From an uncultured Christensenella sp. (lineage in GTDB: Bacteria; Bacillota; Clostridia; Christensenellales; Christensenellaceae): a stretch of 64,000 bases of DNA. The position numbers were made by a program, and so were the translations under genes. This document shows positions 26,108 to 35,890 of the stretch, piece after piece. Position 1 is the first letter of the stretch, and every line of letters starts with the position of its first letter. The stretch is taken from contig CAYXFB010000001.1 of assembly GCA_964464145.1 (NCBI GenBank), positions 55,132-119,131 of the forward strand. The letters run 5' to 3'. The notes beneath the pieces were generated by a model. The model saw nothing but the letters and a program-made list of their open reading frames with translations, searched no databases and was not told the origin of the DNA.

Positions 26108-26776
26108 GTGGACATAAAGCAGCAATTTAACGCTATTTCAAAAAAATATGATCAGCAGCGCAGGCAGCTAATTCCCTGCTTTGATGATTTTTATAAACTT
26201 CCGCTTGAGGTCATAGATTGCCCAAACCCCAGCCCGCGCATACTGGATATAGGCAGCGGCACGGGTTTGTTTACCTCATTTGTGCTGGAAAAATACCCCA
26301 AGGCCAGCTTTACGCTCATAGACTTTTCCGATGATATGCTGGACGTGGCAAAGGAGCGCTTCGCAGGCAATGAAAACTTCGAATATATAGCGGCGGATTA
26401 CACAAAACATTGTTTCAATGAAAAGTTTGATATAATAATCTCCGCCCTGTCCATACACCATCTTACTGCTGAGGATAAGGAGACTCTCTACGCAAAATGC
26501 TTTTCGCTGCTCAGTGAGGGCGGCGTTTTCGTGAACGCGGATCAGGTGTTGAGCCCTCACCCGGCTATCGAAGCAACATTTTATGACCGCATATGGAAAT
26601 CCGTTCAGGCGAGCGACCTGCCCTCGGGAGATATAGAAAAAGCGCGCGAGCGCGTGAAGCTGGATGACCCGTCCACCCTTGCAGATCAGCTTGACTGGCT
26701 CAGAAAAGCGGGCTTCAAAGAGGCGGATTGCCTATACAAATACTACAGCTTTTGCGTTATACTCGCCAGAAAATAG
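26108..26776 (+). CDS. class I SAM-dependent methyltransferase
   Basis: Motif I ILDIGSGTGLFT. GTG start 6 nt after AAGGAGG. Confidence 0.85.
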   Translation: MDIKQQFNAISKKYDQQRRQLIPCFDDFYKLPLEVIDCPNPSPRILDIGSGTGLFTSFVLEKYPKASFTLIDFSDDMLDVAKERFAGNENFEYIAADYTKHCFNEKFDIIISALSIHHLTAEDKETLYAKCFSLLSEGGVFVNADQVLSPHPAIEATFYDRIWKSVQASDLPSGDIEKARERVKLDDPSTLADQLDWLRKAGFKEADCLYKYYSFCVILARK

Positions 26777-26794
26777 CACCATACCGTCTATATC

Positions 26795-26829
26795 GCCGCA
26801 TTTAAAGTATGCGGCTATGCGGCTTTTTT
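26795..26829 (+). terminator. intrinsic terminator
   Basis: gccgcat ... atgcggc followed by T6. Confidence 0.65.
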
Positions 26830-26911
26830 AGCTTTCCCACCGCACCATATGTCCATTCACTAAAAAATATACGAAAATTTAAATATACACCCTTTTTATA
26901 TAAAATATTTG

Positions 26912-26940
26912 TTGACACGCAAATAGTTTGATTATATAAT
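26912..26940 (+). promoter_or_regulatory. consensus sigma-70-type promoter of the second GntR locus
   Basis: TTGACA, 17-nt spacer, TATAAT. Confidence 0.6.
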
Positions 26941-26946
26941 CAACTC

Positions 26947-26988
26947 AACTGGTCATAACAACATGATGACATGATGACAACTGGTGTG
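26947..26988. promoter_or_regulatory. candidate operator region (direct AACTGGT repeats flanking tandem ATGATGAC)
   Basis: aactggtcataacaacATGATGACATGATGACaactggtg lies directly after the -10 and contains the ATGACAT heptamer. Confidence 0.3.
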
Positions 26989-27134
26989 CGGACGCGTTGA
27001 AATATTCTCTGCAATATTATAGTATAATAAGCATACAGCAAGTGACAAATGCTGAAAACATTATATGGCCGTGTTGCCCGCCGCTAAAGTGGCAAGCGCA
27101 GCACGTGGCCGTTTATAGCAAAGAGGGTGTAGTT

Positions 27135-27866
27135 ATGGCCGAGAAAGTGTTGAAATATCTTTTATTGAAGCACGAGATAGTTGAAAAGATAAACAACGAG
27201 GAATACAAGGTTGGCGAAATGATCCCCAGCGAGCGGGAGTTTATGGATATATACCAAATGAGCCGCATAACCGTGCGCAAAGCCATAGACGATCTGGTGA
27301 ACGAAGGCTATCTGCACCGCATACAGGGCAAGGGAACCTACGTAAAAACAGACGAGCACAACTACGATCTGTTTTCGCTGACAAGCTGCACTCAGGATAT
27401 AATGAACAGCGGCATGGTTGCCAGCCGCAAAATAATAAACGCGGAGGTGCTTAGCGCGGATAAGCTGCGCCAACGCAGGCTGGACTTGCCGGACGGCGAG
27501 AAGGTGTTCAAGCTGGAGCGCGTGTATTACGCGGACGGCACACCAATAAACGATACCACAACATATCTGCCGCTCGGCACCTTCCCCGGGCTGGAGAAAC
27601 ACAGCTTTGACAGGGAATCTCTATATGAAATACTGGAAAAGGAATACGGCGTGCGCATAACAAACGCGCGCAGAACCATAGAGGCGGTGCTGGCGCACGA
27701 GGAAGTTGCGGAAAATCTGGAGGTGAACGAGGGTGAACCGCTGTTGCTTTTCAGAAGCATAACACTGGGTCTGGTGAACGGCGTGGAAAAACCCATAGAG
27801 ACATTCAAGTCTCATTACAGGACGGATATATACAAATTCTATTTAAATCAAATACGTACAAAATAA
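27135..27866 (+). CDS. GntR family transcriptional regulator, HutC/UTRA subfamily
   Basis: EYKVGEMIPSEREFMDIYQMSRITVRKAIDDLVNEGYL plus a UTRA-like C-terminus. ATG 27135 follows AGAGGGTG. The in-frame upstream TTG extension was rejected. Confidence 0.88.
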   Translation: MAEKVLKYLLLKHEIVEKINNEEYKVGEMIPSEREFMDIYQMSRITVRKAIDDLVNEGYLHRIQGKGTYVKTDEHNYDLFSLTSCTQDIMNSGMVASRKIINAEVLSADKLRQRRLDLPDGEKVFKLERVYYADGTPINDTTTYLPLGTFPGLEKHSFDRESLYEILEKEYGVRITNARRTIEAVLAHEEVAENLEVNEGEPLLLFRSITLGLVNGVEKPIETFKSHYRTDIYKFYLNQIRTK

Positions 27867-27940
27867 ATTTGTGCGTTCAATAAAGACGGCGTAAGCCGCA
27901 AAATTTAAAAATCAGGTGAAAAAACCGGAGGTAATTTGTT

Positions 27941-29200
27941 ATGAAAAAAAGCAGGTCTATTTTGTGTACTCTTTTAGTGCTGGTTTTGTCCTTCGCGCTT
28001 GTATTGAGCGGCTGCGGCAGCCCCGCTCCGGCGGCGGGCAGCGCGGCGGCCGAATCTCCCGCGGCAGCCGGCGATGGCGGCAATTCTGCGGCTCCGGCGG
28101 CTCCGGCAGCGGCGGCGGACGGCAAGGTGGCGCTTGTATGCTCGGCGGCGGGCGCGAATGACAACGGCTACAACCAGACGGCCATAACCGGCCTTAAACA
28201 GCTGGCGGACGAGACCGGCCTGGAAACAAAGGTGGTGGAGACCACCACAGACTATCCCGGCACGCTCAAGACCCTGGCGGAAAACGGCTTCAAGCTTATA
28301 TTCTCGCTGGAGTATGACTTCACGGCGCTCATAGAGGGCGTGGGCGGCGAAAAACCGCTGGCGGAGCAGTTCCCGGACACCACCTTCGTAGTGTTCAACG
28401 CAAACCCCAACCTTAACGAGGCGGGCGAACCCATACACAAGAACGTTATATCAGTTATGTTCAACGTAAACGAATCCTCCTTCCTGGCGGGCGCGCTGAG
28501 CACGCTGGTGAACGAAAACAACGAGGTGCTTTTCGACACGGCTCAATATTCCTTCACGCAGGGCGAGGACGGCAGAAAGATGGGCTTCATAGGAGGCACG
28601 CAATCCTCCGGAATAGAAGTTTTCGCCTTCGGTTTTATGGAGGGCATACAGCACATAGCCAAGGAGCTGGGCGTCAACTACACTATGTACACTACCTATG
28701 ACGCGGGCTTCGTGGATACGGCGCAGGGCGCAAGCACGGCCGGAACCTACTACAGCGAGGGCGCGAACGTTGTATACACCTCGGCGGGCTCGGTTGGCGA
28801 CGGCGTGGACGCCAAGGCCAAGGAAATAAAGAAGCTCTCCATACAGGTGGACGCGGATAAGGACGCCACCCAGCCGGGCAGCATACTCACAAGCGTGCTC
28901 AAAAACACAAACGTGCCCGTATACGAGCTGGGCAAGGAATACGCCGCGGGCACGATCGGCCAAAAGGGCGGCACGGAGGTAGACTACACACTGGCTTCGG
29001 GCGCGACAGGCATAACTGACCTCAGCACGATAGAGGGCTTCATAAAGACGGACGACGCGGCCAAGGCCAAATGGCAGGAGATAAAGGACAAGCTCAAGGA
29101 GCTTTCAGACAAGATAGGCGCGGGCGAAATAAAGGTCACAAACGCGCAGATAGGCGAAACGCTGGATATGGCAACGCTTTCGAACGTAAAGCAGCCCTAG
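27941..29200 (+). CDS. BMP-family (PnrA/Med-like) ABC transporter substrate-binding lipoprotein
   Basis: Lipobox LSGC, an Ala/Pro-rich linker, then BMP-like blocks (AGANDNGYNQ, GFIGG). This family typically binds nucleosides. Confidence 0.8.
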   Translation: MKKSRSILCTLLVLVLSFALVLSGCGSPAPAAGSAAAESPAAAGDGGNSAAPAAPAAAADGKVALVCSAAGANDNGYNQTAITGLKQLADETGLETKVVETTTDYPGTLKTLAENGFKLIFSLEYDFTALIEGVGGEKPLAEQFPDTTFVVFNANPNLNEAGEPIHKNVISVMFNVNESSFLAGALSTLVNENNEVLFDTAQYSFTQGEDGRKMGFIGGTQSSGIEVFAFGFMEGIQHIAKELGVNYTMYTTYDAGFVDTAQGASTAGTYYSEGANVVYTSAGSVGDGVDAKAKEIKKLSIQVDADKDATQPGSILTSVLKNTNVPVYELGKEYAAGTIGQKGGTEVDYTLASGATGITDLSTIEGFIKTDDAAKAKWQEIKDKLKELSDKIGAGEIKVTNAQIGETLDMATLSNVKQP

Positions 29201-29210
29201 AGAACTACGC

Positions 29211-29251
29211 ACCGGCGTTACGCGGCGCAGTCCGTATAACGCCGGTTTTTT
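29211..29251 (+). terminator. intercistronic terminator/attenuator after the SBP gene
   Basis: Perfect 10-bp stem accggcgtta/taacgccggt followed by T6, 10 nt before the next start. Confidence 0.6.
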
Positions 29252-29260
29252 GGAAAGGGG

Positions 29261-30817
29261 ATGGTATCCTTGAAAATAATCGAAACGATTGGGCTTACCA
29301 AGCGCTACGGAGATTTCACCGCCAACGAAAACATAAGCTTTTCGGTGGAGCAGGGCGAGATAAAGGCCATCGTTGGTGAAAACGGCGCGGGCAAGACCAC
29401 GCTTGTGAACATGCTGTACGGCATGTCCGCTCCCACGGAGGGCGTTATAAAGATCGCCGCGCAGGAGGTACACTTCCATTCGCCCACGGACGCTATAGCC
29501 AAGGGGCTGGGCATGGTGCACCAGCATTTCAAGCTGGCTCCCAGCCTCACCGTGGCCGAAAACGTGCTGCTGGGCATAGAGATATTGCGCGGCAAAAGCC
29601 CCTTCATAGACGGCGCAAAGCAAAAGCAAAGCGTGCAGCGCGTAATAGATAAATACGGCTTCGATCTGGACGCGGGGCAGAAGATAGAAAACCTCTCTGT
29701 GGGCGAGCGGCAGCGCGTGGAAATACTAAAGATGCTGTACCGCGAGGTGGACGTGCTGATACTGGACGAGCCCACCGCCGTGCTCACCCCGCAGGAGGTC
29801 ACCGGCCTAATCGGCAGCCTAAAGGAACTAAAGGCGCAGGGCAAGACCATAATTATAATCACCCACAAGCTGGGCGAGGTGATGGAGCTTGCGGACACAG
29901 TCACAATAGTGCGGCGAGGCAAGGTCGTGGGCGAGGTGAACAAGTGCGAGACAAACGAGGTGCAGCTGGCGCAGCTCATGGTGGGCAGGGATGTCGTGCT
30001 GCAGGTAGAGAAAAAGGCGGCGGACTACTCCGGCGCCGAGGTGGTGTATAGCCTCAAGGGCATAACCACGCAAAACGCCCTGGGGAAGGAGGCCGTTTCC
30101 GGCATAGATATAGACATCCGTCGGGGCGAGATATTGGGTATCGCGGGCATAGAGGGCAACGGCCAGAGCGAGCTTATAAAAATAGTCACGGGCATGATGG
30201 TCTCCACCGCGGGCAAAATATACTTCAAGGGCGAGGACATTACCAACAAATGGCCGCGCCAGATACGTGACCGCTCAATCGGAATAATTCCGGAGGACAG
30301 GTACGAGGAGGGGCTGTGCGTCTCCATGACAATAAGCGACAACATAATAGCCGGTCACCACTATCTGCCCGAAATATCCCGCCACGGCTTCATGCAAAAG
30401 GCCAACATAGACGCCAAGCGCGACCGCCTGGTGAAAGAATACGATATCCGGCTGGCGGATAAGGACGGCTTTGTCTCCCAGCTTTCGGGCGGCAACGCGC
30501 AAAAGATAATAATAGCGCGGGAGTTCGATCCCTCGCCGGAGCTGGTGATCGCCTGCCAGCCCACGCGCGGTGTGGACATAGGCTCTATAGAGTTCATACA
30601 CACGCAGATACTCAAGCTGGCGGAGCAGGGCACGGCCGTGCTGCTGATATCCAGCGAGCTGACTGAGATAATGGGGCTGAGCGACAGGATATCCGTTATG
30701 TACAAGGGCAGGATAATAGGCACGGTCCAAAAGAGCGAAACAAACACCACGGAGCTGGGGCTATTGATGGCGGGCGTGGTTCCCAAATCGACAAACGGAG
30801 AGGAGGCGGCAATCTGA
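29261..30817 (+). CDS. ABC transporter ATP-binding protein (two fused ABC domains; nucleoside/sugar type)
   Basis: GENGAGKTT, LSVGERQR, GIEGNGQSE, LSGGNAQK. Confidence 0.9.
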   Translation: MVSLKIIETIGLTKRYGDFTANENISFSVEQGEIKAIVGENGAGKTTLVNMLYGMSAPTEGVIKIAAQEVHFHSPTDAIAKGLGMVHQHFKLAPSLTVAENVLLGIEILRGKSPFIDGAKQKQSVQRVIDKYGFDLDAGQKIENLSVGERQRVEILKMLYREVDVLILDEPTAVLTPQEVTGLIGSLKELKAQGKTIIIITHKLGEVMELADTVTIVRRGKVVGEVNKCETNEVQLAQLMVGRDVVLQVEKKAADYSGAEVVYSLKGITTQNALGKEAVSGIDIDIRRGEILGIAGIEGNGQSELIKIVTGMMVSTAGKIYFKGEDITNKWPRQIRDRSIGIIPEDRYEEGLCVSMTISDNIIAGHHYLPEISRHGFMQKANIDAKRDRLVKEYDIRLADKDGFVSQLSGGNAQKIIIAREFDPSPELVIACQPTRGVDIGSIEFIHTQILKLAEQGTAVLLISSELTEIMGLSDRISVMYKGRIIGTVQKSETNTTELGLLMAGVVPKSTNGEEAAI

Positions 30818-31902
30818 TGACTAAGCGAAACAATTTTGTGCTTAATATATTCAATTCCATATTGCCGGTGCTGGCCGCCTTTCTTATAGGCGGTGTCATA
30901 ATCGCGCTGTACGGCGAAAATCCTTTTGAGGCCTACGGAATAATGCTGCAAAGCACTCTTTTGAGCGGCGACGGCTTCATCAAAACGCTGCACTTCGCCT
31001 CGCCCCTTATACTCACCGGCCTTGCCATAGCAATAACATTCAAGGCCAACATATTCAATATGGGCGTGGAGGGGCAGATGCTGGGCGGAGCCTTTTTCGC
31101 CTGCGTGCTGGGCTTCACCATAACCGGCCTGCCGCCCGTCATACACATAACGGTCTGCCTGCTGGGCGGCGTTGTTATGGGCATACTGCTGGTGCTGGTG
31201 CCCGCGCTTTTGAAGGCCTACTTCCGCGTGAATGAGATGGTGGTCACGCTGATGCTGAACTACGCCATAATAGAGATACTGCGCGTACTGGCGCAGGGCG
31301 TGTTCCGCGATCCGGCTTCGGGCTACGTTTCCACGCCCGCCGTGGCGCCAAGCGCCATGTTCACCAAAATAGAGGGCACCTATCTGACCGCCTTCTTCCC
31401 GCTTGTGCTGGTGGTCTTCGTAATAATGTATTTCGTGATGACAAAGTCGCGCTTCGGCTACGAGATCACGGCCATAGGCCAAAACCCTGTGTTCGCGGAG
31501 ACCTCGGGCATGAACGTGCGCAAAAAGATAATGTATATGATGGTAATAAGCGGGGCGCTGGCAGGCCTTGCAGGCTCCGGCTTCATGCTGAGCGAAAAGT
31601 TTAAATACACGCTGGACTTCTCCGGCACGCCCGGCCTCGGCTGGGACGGTATGCTCATATCGCTGCTTGGCCGGCACAACCCAATAGGCATAATAATAGC
31701 GGCAATATTCTTCGCCGCGCTCAAAACGGGCGCGGACACCATAAGCATATTCTCCAACGTGCCCAAGGAGATAGTGGGCATAATACAAGGCATAATGATA
31801 CTCTTCCTTGCCATAGACTTTGTGAACGCGCAAACGGGCTGGATGAAAAAACTGCTTGCCAAGATGAACGGCAAAAAAGTGAAAGGCGGTGTGGAAGCGT
31901 GA
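30817..31902 (+). CDS. ABC transporter permease
   Basis: Polytopic, BPD_transp_2-like. ATGA overlap with the upstream stop. Confidence 0.85.
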   Translation: MTKRNNFVLNIFNSILPVLAAFLIGGVIIALYGENPFEAYGIMLQSTLLSGDGFIKTLHFASPLILTGLAIAITFKANIFNMGVEGQMLGGAFFACVLGFTITGLPPVIHITVCLLGGVVMGILLVLVPALLKAYFRVNEMVVTLMLNYAIIEILRVLAQGVFRDPASGYVSTPAVAPSAMFTKIEGTYLTAFFPLVLVVFVIMYFVMTKSRFGYEITAIGQNPVFAETSGMNVRKKIMYMMVISGALAGLAGSGFMLSEKFKYTLDFSGTPGLGWDGMLISLLGRHNPIGIIIAAIFFAALKTGADTISIFSNVPKEIVGIIQGIMILFLAIDFVNAQTGWMKKLLAKMNGKKVKGGVEA

Positions 31903-32813
31903 ATTTTGAAAGGATACTCTTTGACATGATAGCCAACAGCGCGCCCATACTGTTTTGCGTGCTGGGCGGCAACTTTGCCTACAAGGTGAACGTGCTCAAC
32001 ATATCGCTTGAGGGCATGCTGCTTATGGGTGCCTTCTCCTCCGTTCTGTTCGTGCTTTTCAGCGGCAGCATAGTTGTGGGCGTGGTGGCCGCGATAGTTA
32101 TCGCCGTGGCCTTCGGCTATATTTTCTCCGCCATGAGCATAACGCGCAAGGGCAACCCCATCATAACCGGTCTGGCAATAAACATGCTGGCCACCTCCAT
32201 AACCACCTTCGCGCTGAAATCGCTCAATCTGCCCAACATAAACGTTAACCAGCTGGTGGACGTGGCGGCTATGAAGGTGCACATACCCTTTATTGAGGAC
32301 ATACCCGTGCTGGGCAGCATAATAAGCGGGCATTCACCGCTCACCTATATAGCCATAGCGATGATATTCGTGACCTGGCTCATAATGTTCAAAACGAAAT
32401 TCGGCGTATATCTGCGCGTGGTAGGCGAAAACGAGGAAGCGGCGGCCAGCGTGGGCATAAAGACCAACCGCATAAAGTATGGCGCGGTATTGATAGGCGC
32501 GCTGTTCTGCGGCCTTGCGGGCATAAACCTGGCGCTGGAACGCTTGGCGCTGTTCACAAACGGTATGTCCGCCGGTATCGGCTTTATAGCCATCGCCGCC
32601 ATATTCTGCGGCAAGGGCATGCCGGGCATTACGGCGATATACTCCATACTGTTTGGCCTGTGCCAGTCTTTGGCCATAAATATGAACATATCGGCGGGCC
32701 CTTCCTCCGGGCTGTTCAAAACGATGCCCTACTTCGTGATAATCGCCATATTGGCCGTGGTTTCCATAATACAGGCACGCAAGGTATATGTGAGGAGGCT
32801 CAAGAATGAATAG
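31899..32813 (+). CDS. ABC transporter permease
   Basis: Polytopic. GTG start in a GTGA overlap with the upstream stop. Confidence 0.85.
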   Translation: MNFERILFDMIANSAPILFCVLGGNFAYKVNVLNISLEGMLLMGAFSSVLFVLFSGSIVVGVVAAIVIAVAFGYIFSAMSITRKGNPIITGLAINMLATSITTFALKSLNLPNINVNQLVDVAAMKVHIPFIEDIPVLGSIISGHSPLTYIAIAMIFVTWLIMFKTKFGVYLRVVGENEEAAASVGIKTNRIKYGAVLIGALFCGLAGINLALERLALFTNGMSAGIGFIAIAAIFCGKGMPGITAIYSILFGLCQSLAINMNISAGPSSGLFKTMPYFVIIAILAVVSIIQARKVYVRRLKNE

Positions 32814-33369
32814 AAACGCACTTATAGTTGTGGATATGGTTTACGATTTCACAGACCCCGGCGGCCTCGTGTTTTATCCGCAAAACGAACAGATACTTCC
32901 CCGCATACGGCAGGCCATAGACGTGGCGCGGGCGCGGGGCGCGCTGATAATATTCATGCAGCACTGCTACCGCGCGGGCAAGCCGGATAAAAATCTCACG
33001 AATATGCGACCCAACTGCATAGAGGGCAGCGGCGGCGAGGCGATAGACAAGCGTCTATCCGTTCTTCCGGAGGACTACGTTATAAAGAAAAGGCGGTACA
33101 GCGGCTTTTTCGGCACCGATCTTGATCTGGTGCTGCGCGAGAACGGCATAGAGAATGTTTTTGTGGTGGGCACCAAGACGAACTGCTGCATACGCGCCAC
33201 CGTGACGGACGCATACTATCTGGATTACAACGTCTTCGTAATACGCGAATGCGTTGCCACCAACGACGAGCTTGTAAACCGCGTGCATCTTGAGGATATA
33301 CACAAGTACCTTGGCACGGTCATAGGGCTTGACGAATTTGAGGGCAGGCTGAAGGAGGCGAAGCAGTGA
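32806..33369 (+). CDS. isochorismatase-family cysteine hydrolase (nicotinamidase/amidase-like)
   Basis: ALIVVDMVYDF (Asp), KRRYSGFFGTDLD (Lys), GTKTNCCIRAT (Cys). Confidence 0.85.
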   Translation: MNRNALIVVDMVYDFTDPGGLVFYPQNEQILPRIRQAIDVARARGALIIFMQHCYRAGKPDKNLTNMRPNCIEGSGGEAIDKRLSVLPEDYVIKKRRYSGFFGTDLDLVLRENGIENVFVVGTKTNCCIRATVTDAYYLDYNVFVIRECVATNDELVNRVHLEDIHKYLGTVIGLDEFEGRLKEAKQ

Positions 33370-34325
33370 AAAAATATGATGTGCTCACCAGCGGATACGT
33401 GAGCATGGACAGAATAATAAACACATACACCCCGCTGCGTCCGGGCTACACCTCGCTGGTGGAAAATTCGGATAACGCGAAGGTATATTACGGCGGCTGC
33501 TCTGTGAACATCGCCTGCGCGCTGGCCAAGCTGGGCTATTCCGCAATGCCCTGCATACGCGTGGGCGAGGACAGCGCCGAGCTGGGCTTTACGGAATTCC
33601 TCAAGCGCAGCGGCGTGGGCACGGAGGCGCTGAGCGTGGTGGAGGGCGAAACCACCTCCAACTGTTACCTCATAGAAGACGCGGAGTTCAACCACGTAAC
33701 ATTGTTTTACCCCGGCGCCATGGACGGCAAATACGCCCGCCCGCTGCAACCGGAAATATTCCAAAACGCGGGCATAGGAGTAATAACCGTGGCCGCGCGG
33801 GAGGACAACATAGAGTTTTTCGATCGCTGCAAGCAGGCAGGCCTGCCGCTGGTGTTCGGTATGAAGGCCGACCTCGACGCTTTCCCGCACGATTTTTTGT
33901 GGGAAATACTCTGCTACTCCAACATACTTTTCACCAACGAGAGCGAGCAGCGCACAATAGAGCAGGAATTTGGCCTGTCCAGCATAACGGAACTTTTCAC
34001 AAAGGGGCGGGCAGAGGTGATCGCCGTCACGCTGGGCGCGGAGGGCAGCCTCTGCTTTGAGAAAACGGCGGAGGGCATAAAGCAGAGCCGCCTGCCCGTT
34101 ATGCCCTGCGAGAGCATAGTGGACGCCACGGGCTCGGGCGACGCTTATATAGCCGGATTTTTATACGGCTATCTGCAAGGCAAAACGCCCGCCGAGTGCT
34201 GCGAGATGGGCAGCGTGCAAGCCTCCTTCGTGCTGGAGAGGGCGGGCTGCCTCACAAACATACCGGACTCCGCCGCCTTCGCGGAGCGTTACGCAAAATA
34301 TAAAGCTATAAGGGAGGGAAAATAG
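33366..34325 (+). CDS. PfkB-family sugar/nucleoside kinase
   Basis: GG dipeptide region VYYGGCSVN and DATGSGDAYIAGF anion-hole motif. GTG start after AAGGAGG. Confidence 0.88.
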   Translation: MKKYDVLTSGYVSMDRIINTYTPLRPGYTSLVENSDNAKVYYGGCSVNIACALAKLGYSAMPCIRVGEDSAELGFTEFLKRSGVGTEALSVVEGETTSNCYLIEDAEFNHVTLFYPGAMDGKYARPLQPEIFQNAGIGVITVAAREDNIEFFDRCKQAGLPLVFGMKADLDAFPHDFLWEILCYSNILFTNESEQRTIEQEFGLSSITELFTKGRAEVIAVTLGAEGSLCFEKTAEGIKQSRLPVMPCESIVDATGSGDAYIAGFLYGYLQGKTPAECCEMGSVQASFVLERAGCLTNIPDSAAFAERYAKYKAIREGK

Positions 34326-35078
34326 ATGCCGTCATTATACATGAAGGTAGACGATACTATTTCAAAATACGTTATTTTTTCGGGCGACCCCTGGCGAGTG
34401 GATATGCTAAAAAAGCATTTGGATTCGCCCGTACACCACGCCTTCGCGCGTGAGTTCAATTCCTACACGGGTCTTTACAAGGGCGTGAAGGTGACCATTT
34501 CCTCAACCGGCATAGGCGCGCCCTCGGCGGCCATAGCAATGGAGGAGATGTACGCAAACGGCATGGAGGTGGCCGTTCGCATGGGCACGGCCATGGCGCT
34601 GCGAGACGATCTTTTGGGCAAATTTATAATACCGCTGGCCTCCATGCGCGAGGAATCCACCAGCGCTACCTACGTTCCTCTGAGCTACCCGGCCGTTGCC
34701 GATCTTTCGCTGCTGAACCTCATGAACCAAACGGTGGCCGAGGCGGGCGAGGGATACATAAACGGCATAACCTGCACGATGGACGGTTTTTATTCGCAAA
34801 TGCGCGAATCCCGCCTGTCCGCAGAGCGCGGTACGGATATCGCCGCCACATTCGAGCGGCTCAAAAAGCTGGACGTTGTGGGCATAGATATGGAAAGCAG
34901 CTGCATACTGACGCTGGCGCGGCTCATGGGCATACGCGGCTGCGTGGTGACAATGGTGACAGTGCTTGAGAACCTCAAAAAGGTGCTGGAGGGCGAGGAA
35001 CGCACGCGCGCGGAGGAGACACTCTGCAAGGTGGTGCTGGACGGAATATACAAGCTGGATAAGGAGGAAGGTAAATGA
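34326..35078 (+). CDS. PNP/UDP family 1 nucleoside phosphorylase (uridine-phosphorylase-like)
   Basis: FSGDPWRV, STGIGAPSAAIAMEE, GIDMESS. Confidence 0.85.
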   Translation: MPSLYMKVDDTISKYVIFSGDPWRVDMLKKHLDSPVHHAFAREFNSYTGLYKGVKVTISSTGIGAPSAAIAMEEMYANGMEVAVRMGTAMALRDDLLGKFIIPLASMREESTSATYVPLSYPAVADLSLLNLMNQTVAEAGEGYINGITCTMDGFYSQMRESRLSAERGTDIAATFERLKKLDVVGIDMESSCILTLARLMGIRGCVVTMVTVLENLKKVLEGEERTRAEETLCKVVLDGIYKLDKEEGK

Positions 35079-35866
35079 GCAGGCTTTTCGAAAACGGTAA
35101 ACGCGCAATAATTGGCATGGTGCACTGCCTGGCGCTGCCGGGCACGCCCGCATATTGCGGCGATATGGAAAAAATAACAGAGCAGGCCTTGGCCGACGCC
35201 AAAACGCTCGAGCAGGCTGGCTGTGACGCAATAATAGTGGAAAATATGGGCGATTCCCCCTTCGCGGAATTTCTGGCGGTGGAGCAGACGGCGGCGCTGG
35301 CCGCAATAAGCGCGCTGGTGGCAAAGAGCGTACGCATACCCGTGGGCATAGACGCGGCCATGAACGACTATAAGACCGCGCTGGGAACGGCGCTGGCCGT
35401 GGGCGCAGGCTTCGTGCGGCTGCCCGTATTCGTGGACACGGTGGAATATTCGGGCTGCGGAATAATACAGCCCTGCGCGCATAACGCCATGCTATACAGA
35501 AAGAACATAGGCGCGGAGCATGTGGAGATCTTCGCGGACATACAGGTGAAGCACACTCACCTGCTGCTGCCCCACGTTTCAATAGAGGATTCGGCCAAAG
35601 CCGCGAAAGACAGCGGCGCGGACGCCATAATAGTTACGGGAACGCACATAGGAGCGGAAACGCCCATGGAGATAATAGAGCGCGCCAAAAAGGTGGTAGA
35701 CCTGCCCGTGATTGCGGGCAGCGGGGTGAACACGGCCAACATAAAGCGGCAGCTTCAAACGGCAAACGGAGCGATCGTCGGCTCCAGCCTCAAGGAGGGC
35801 GGGGATATTTCGAAGCTCATATCGCTTGAGCTTACTTCCGCACTTGTGAGGGCGTTCAAGGACTGA
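35075..35866 (+). CDS. BtpA/SgcQ-family TIM-barrel protein
   Basis: IIGMVHCLALPGTP, DAIIVENMGD, VIAGSGV. ATGA overlap with the upstream gene. Confidence 0.75.
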   Translation: MSRLFENGKRAIIGMVHCLALPGTPAYCGDMEKITEQALADAKTLEQAGCDAIIVENMGDSPFAEFLAVEQTAALAAISALVAKSVRIPVGIDAAMNDYKTALGTALAVGAGFVRLPVFVDTVEYSGCGIIQPCAHNAMLYRKNIGAEHVEIFADIQVKHTHLLLPHVSIEDSAKAAKDSGADAIIVTGTHIGAETPMEIIERAKKVVDLPVIAGSGVNTANIKRQLQTANGAIVGSSLKEGGDISKLISLELTSALVRAFKD

Positions 35867-35890
35867 AAATTTTTCGGAGGATTAATTGAT

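Noticed and set aside
26997-27134. In-frame TTG-initiated N-terminal extension of the second GntR gene (289-aa version in the ORF track)
   Set aside because: The extension has no similarity to GntR N-termini. ATG 27135 has a proper RBS and gives the canonical HTH start. The upstream part is more likely 5' UTR.
30361-31833. Long antisense ORFs. This entry covers the 490-aa minus-strand ORF here, and also 16825-17787(+), 23024-24028(+), 34503-35582(-), 38557-39588(-), 49877-51010(+) and 62193-63551(+)
   Set aside because: Each lies entirely opposite a well-supported gene (ABC genes, GT-C-like, OYE, PNP/BtpA, MFS/SDR, amidohydrolase, SorE-like ADH). Each has low-complexity R/H/A/G/Y-rich translations and lacks SD sequences. 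The ATA/TAT-rich codon style of the real genes leaves the opposite strand unusually open.
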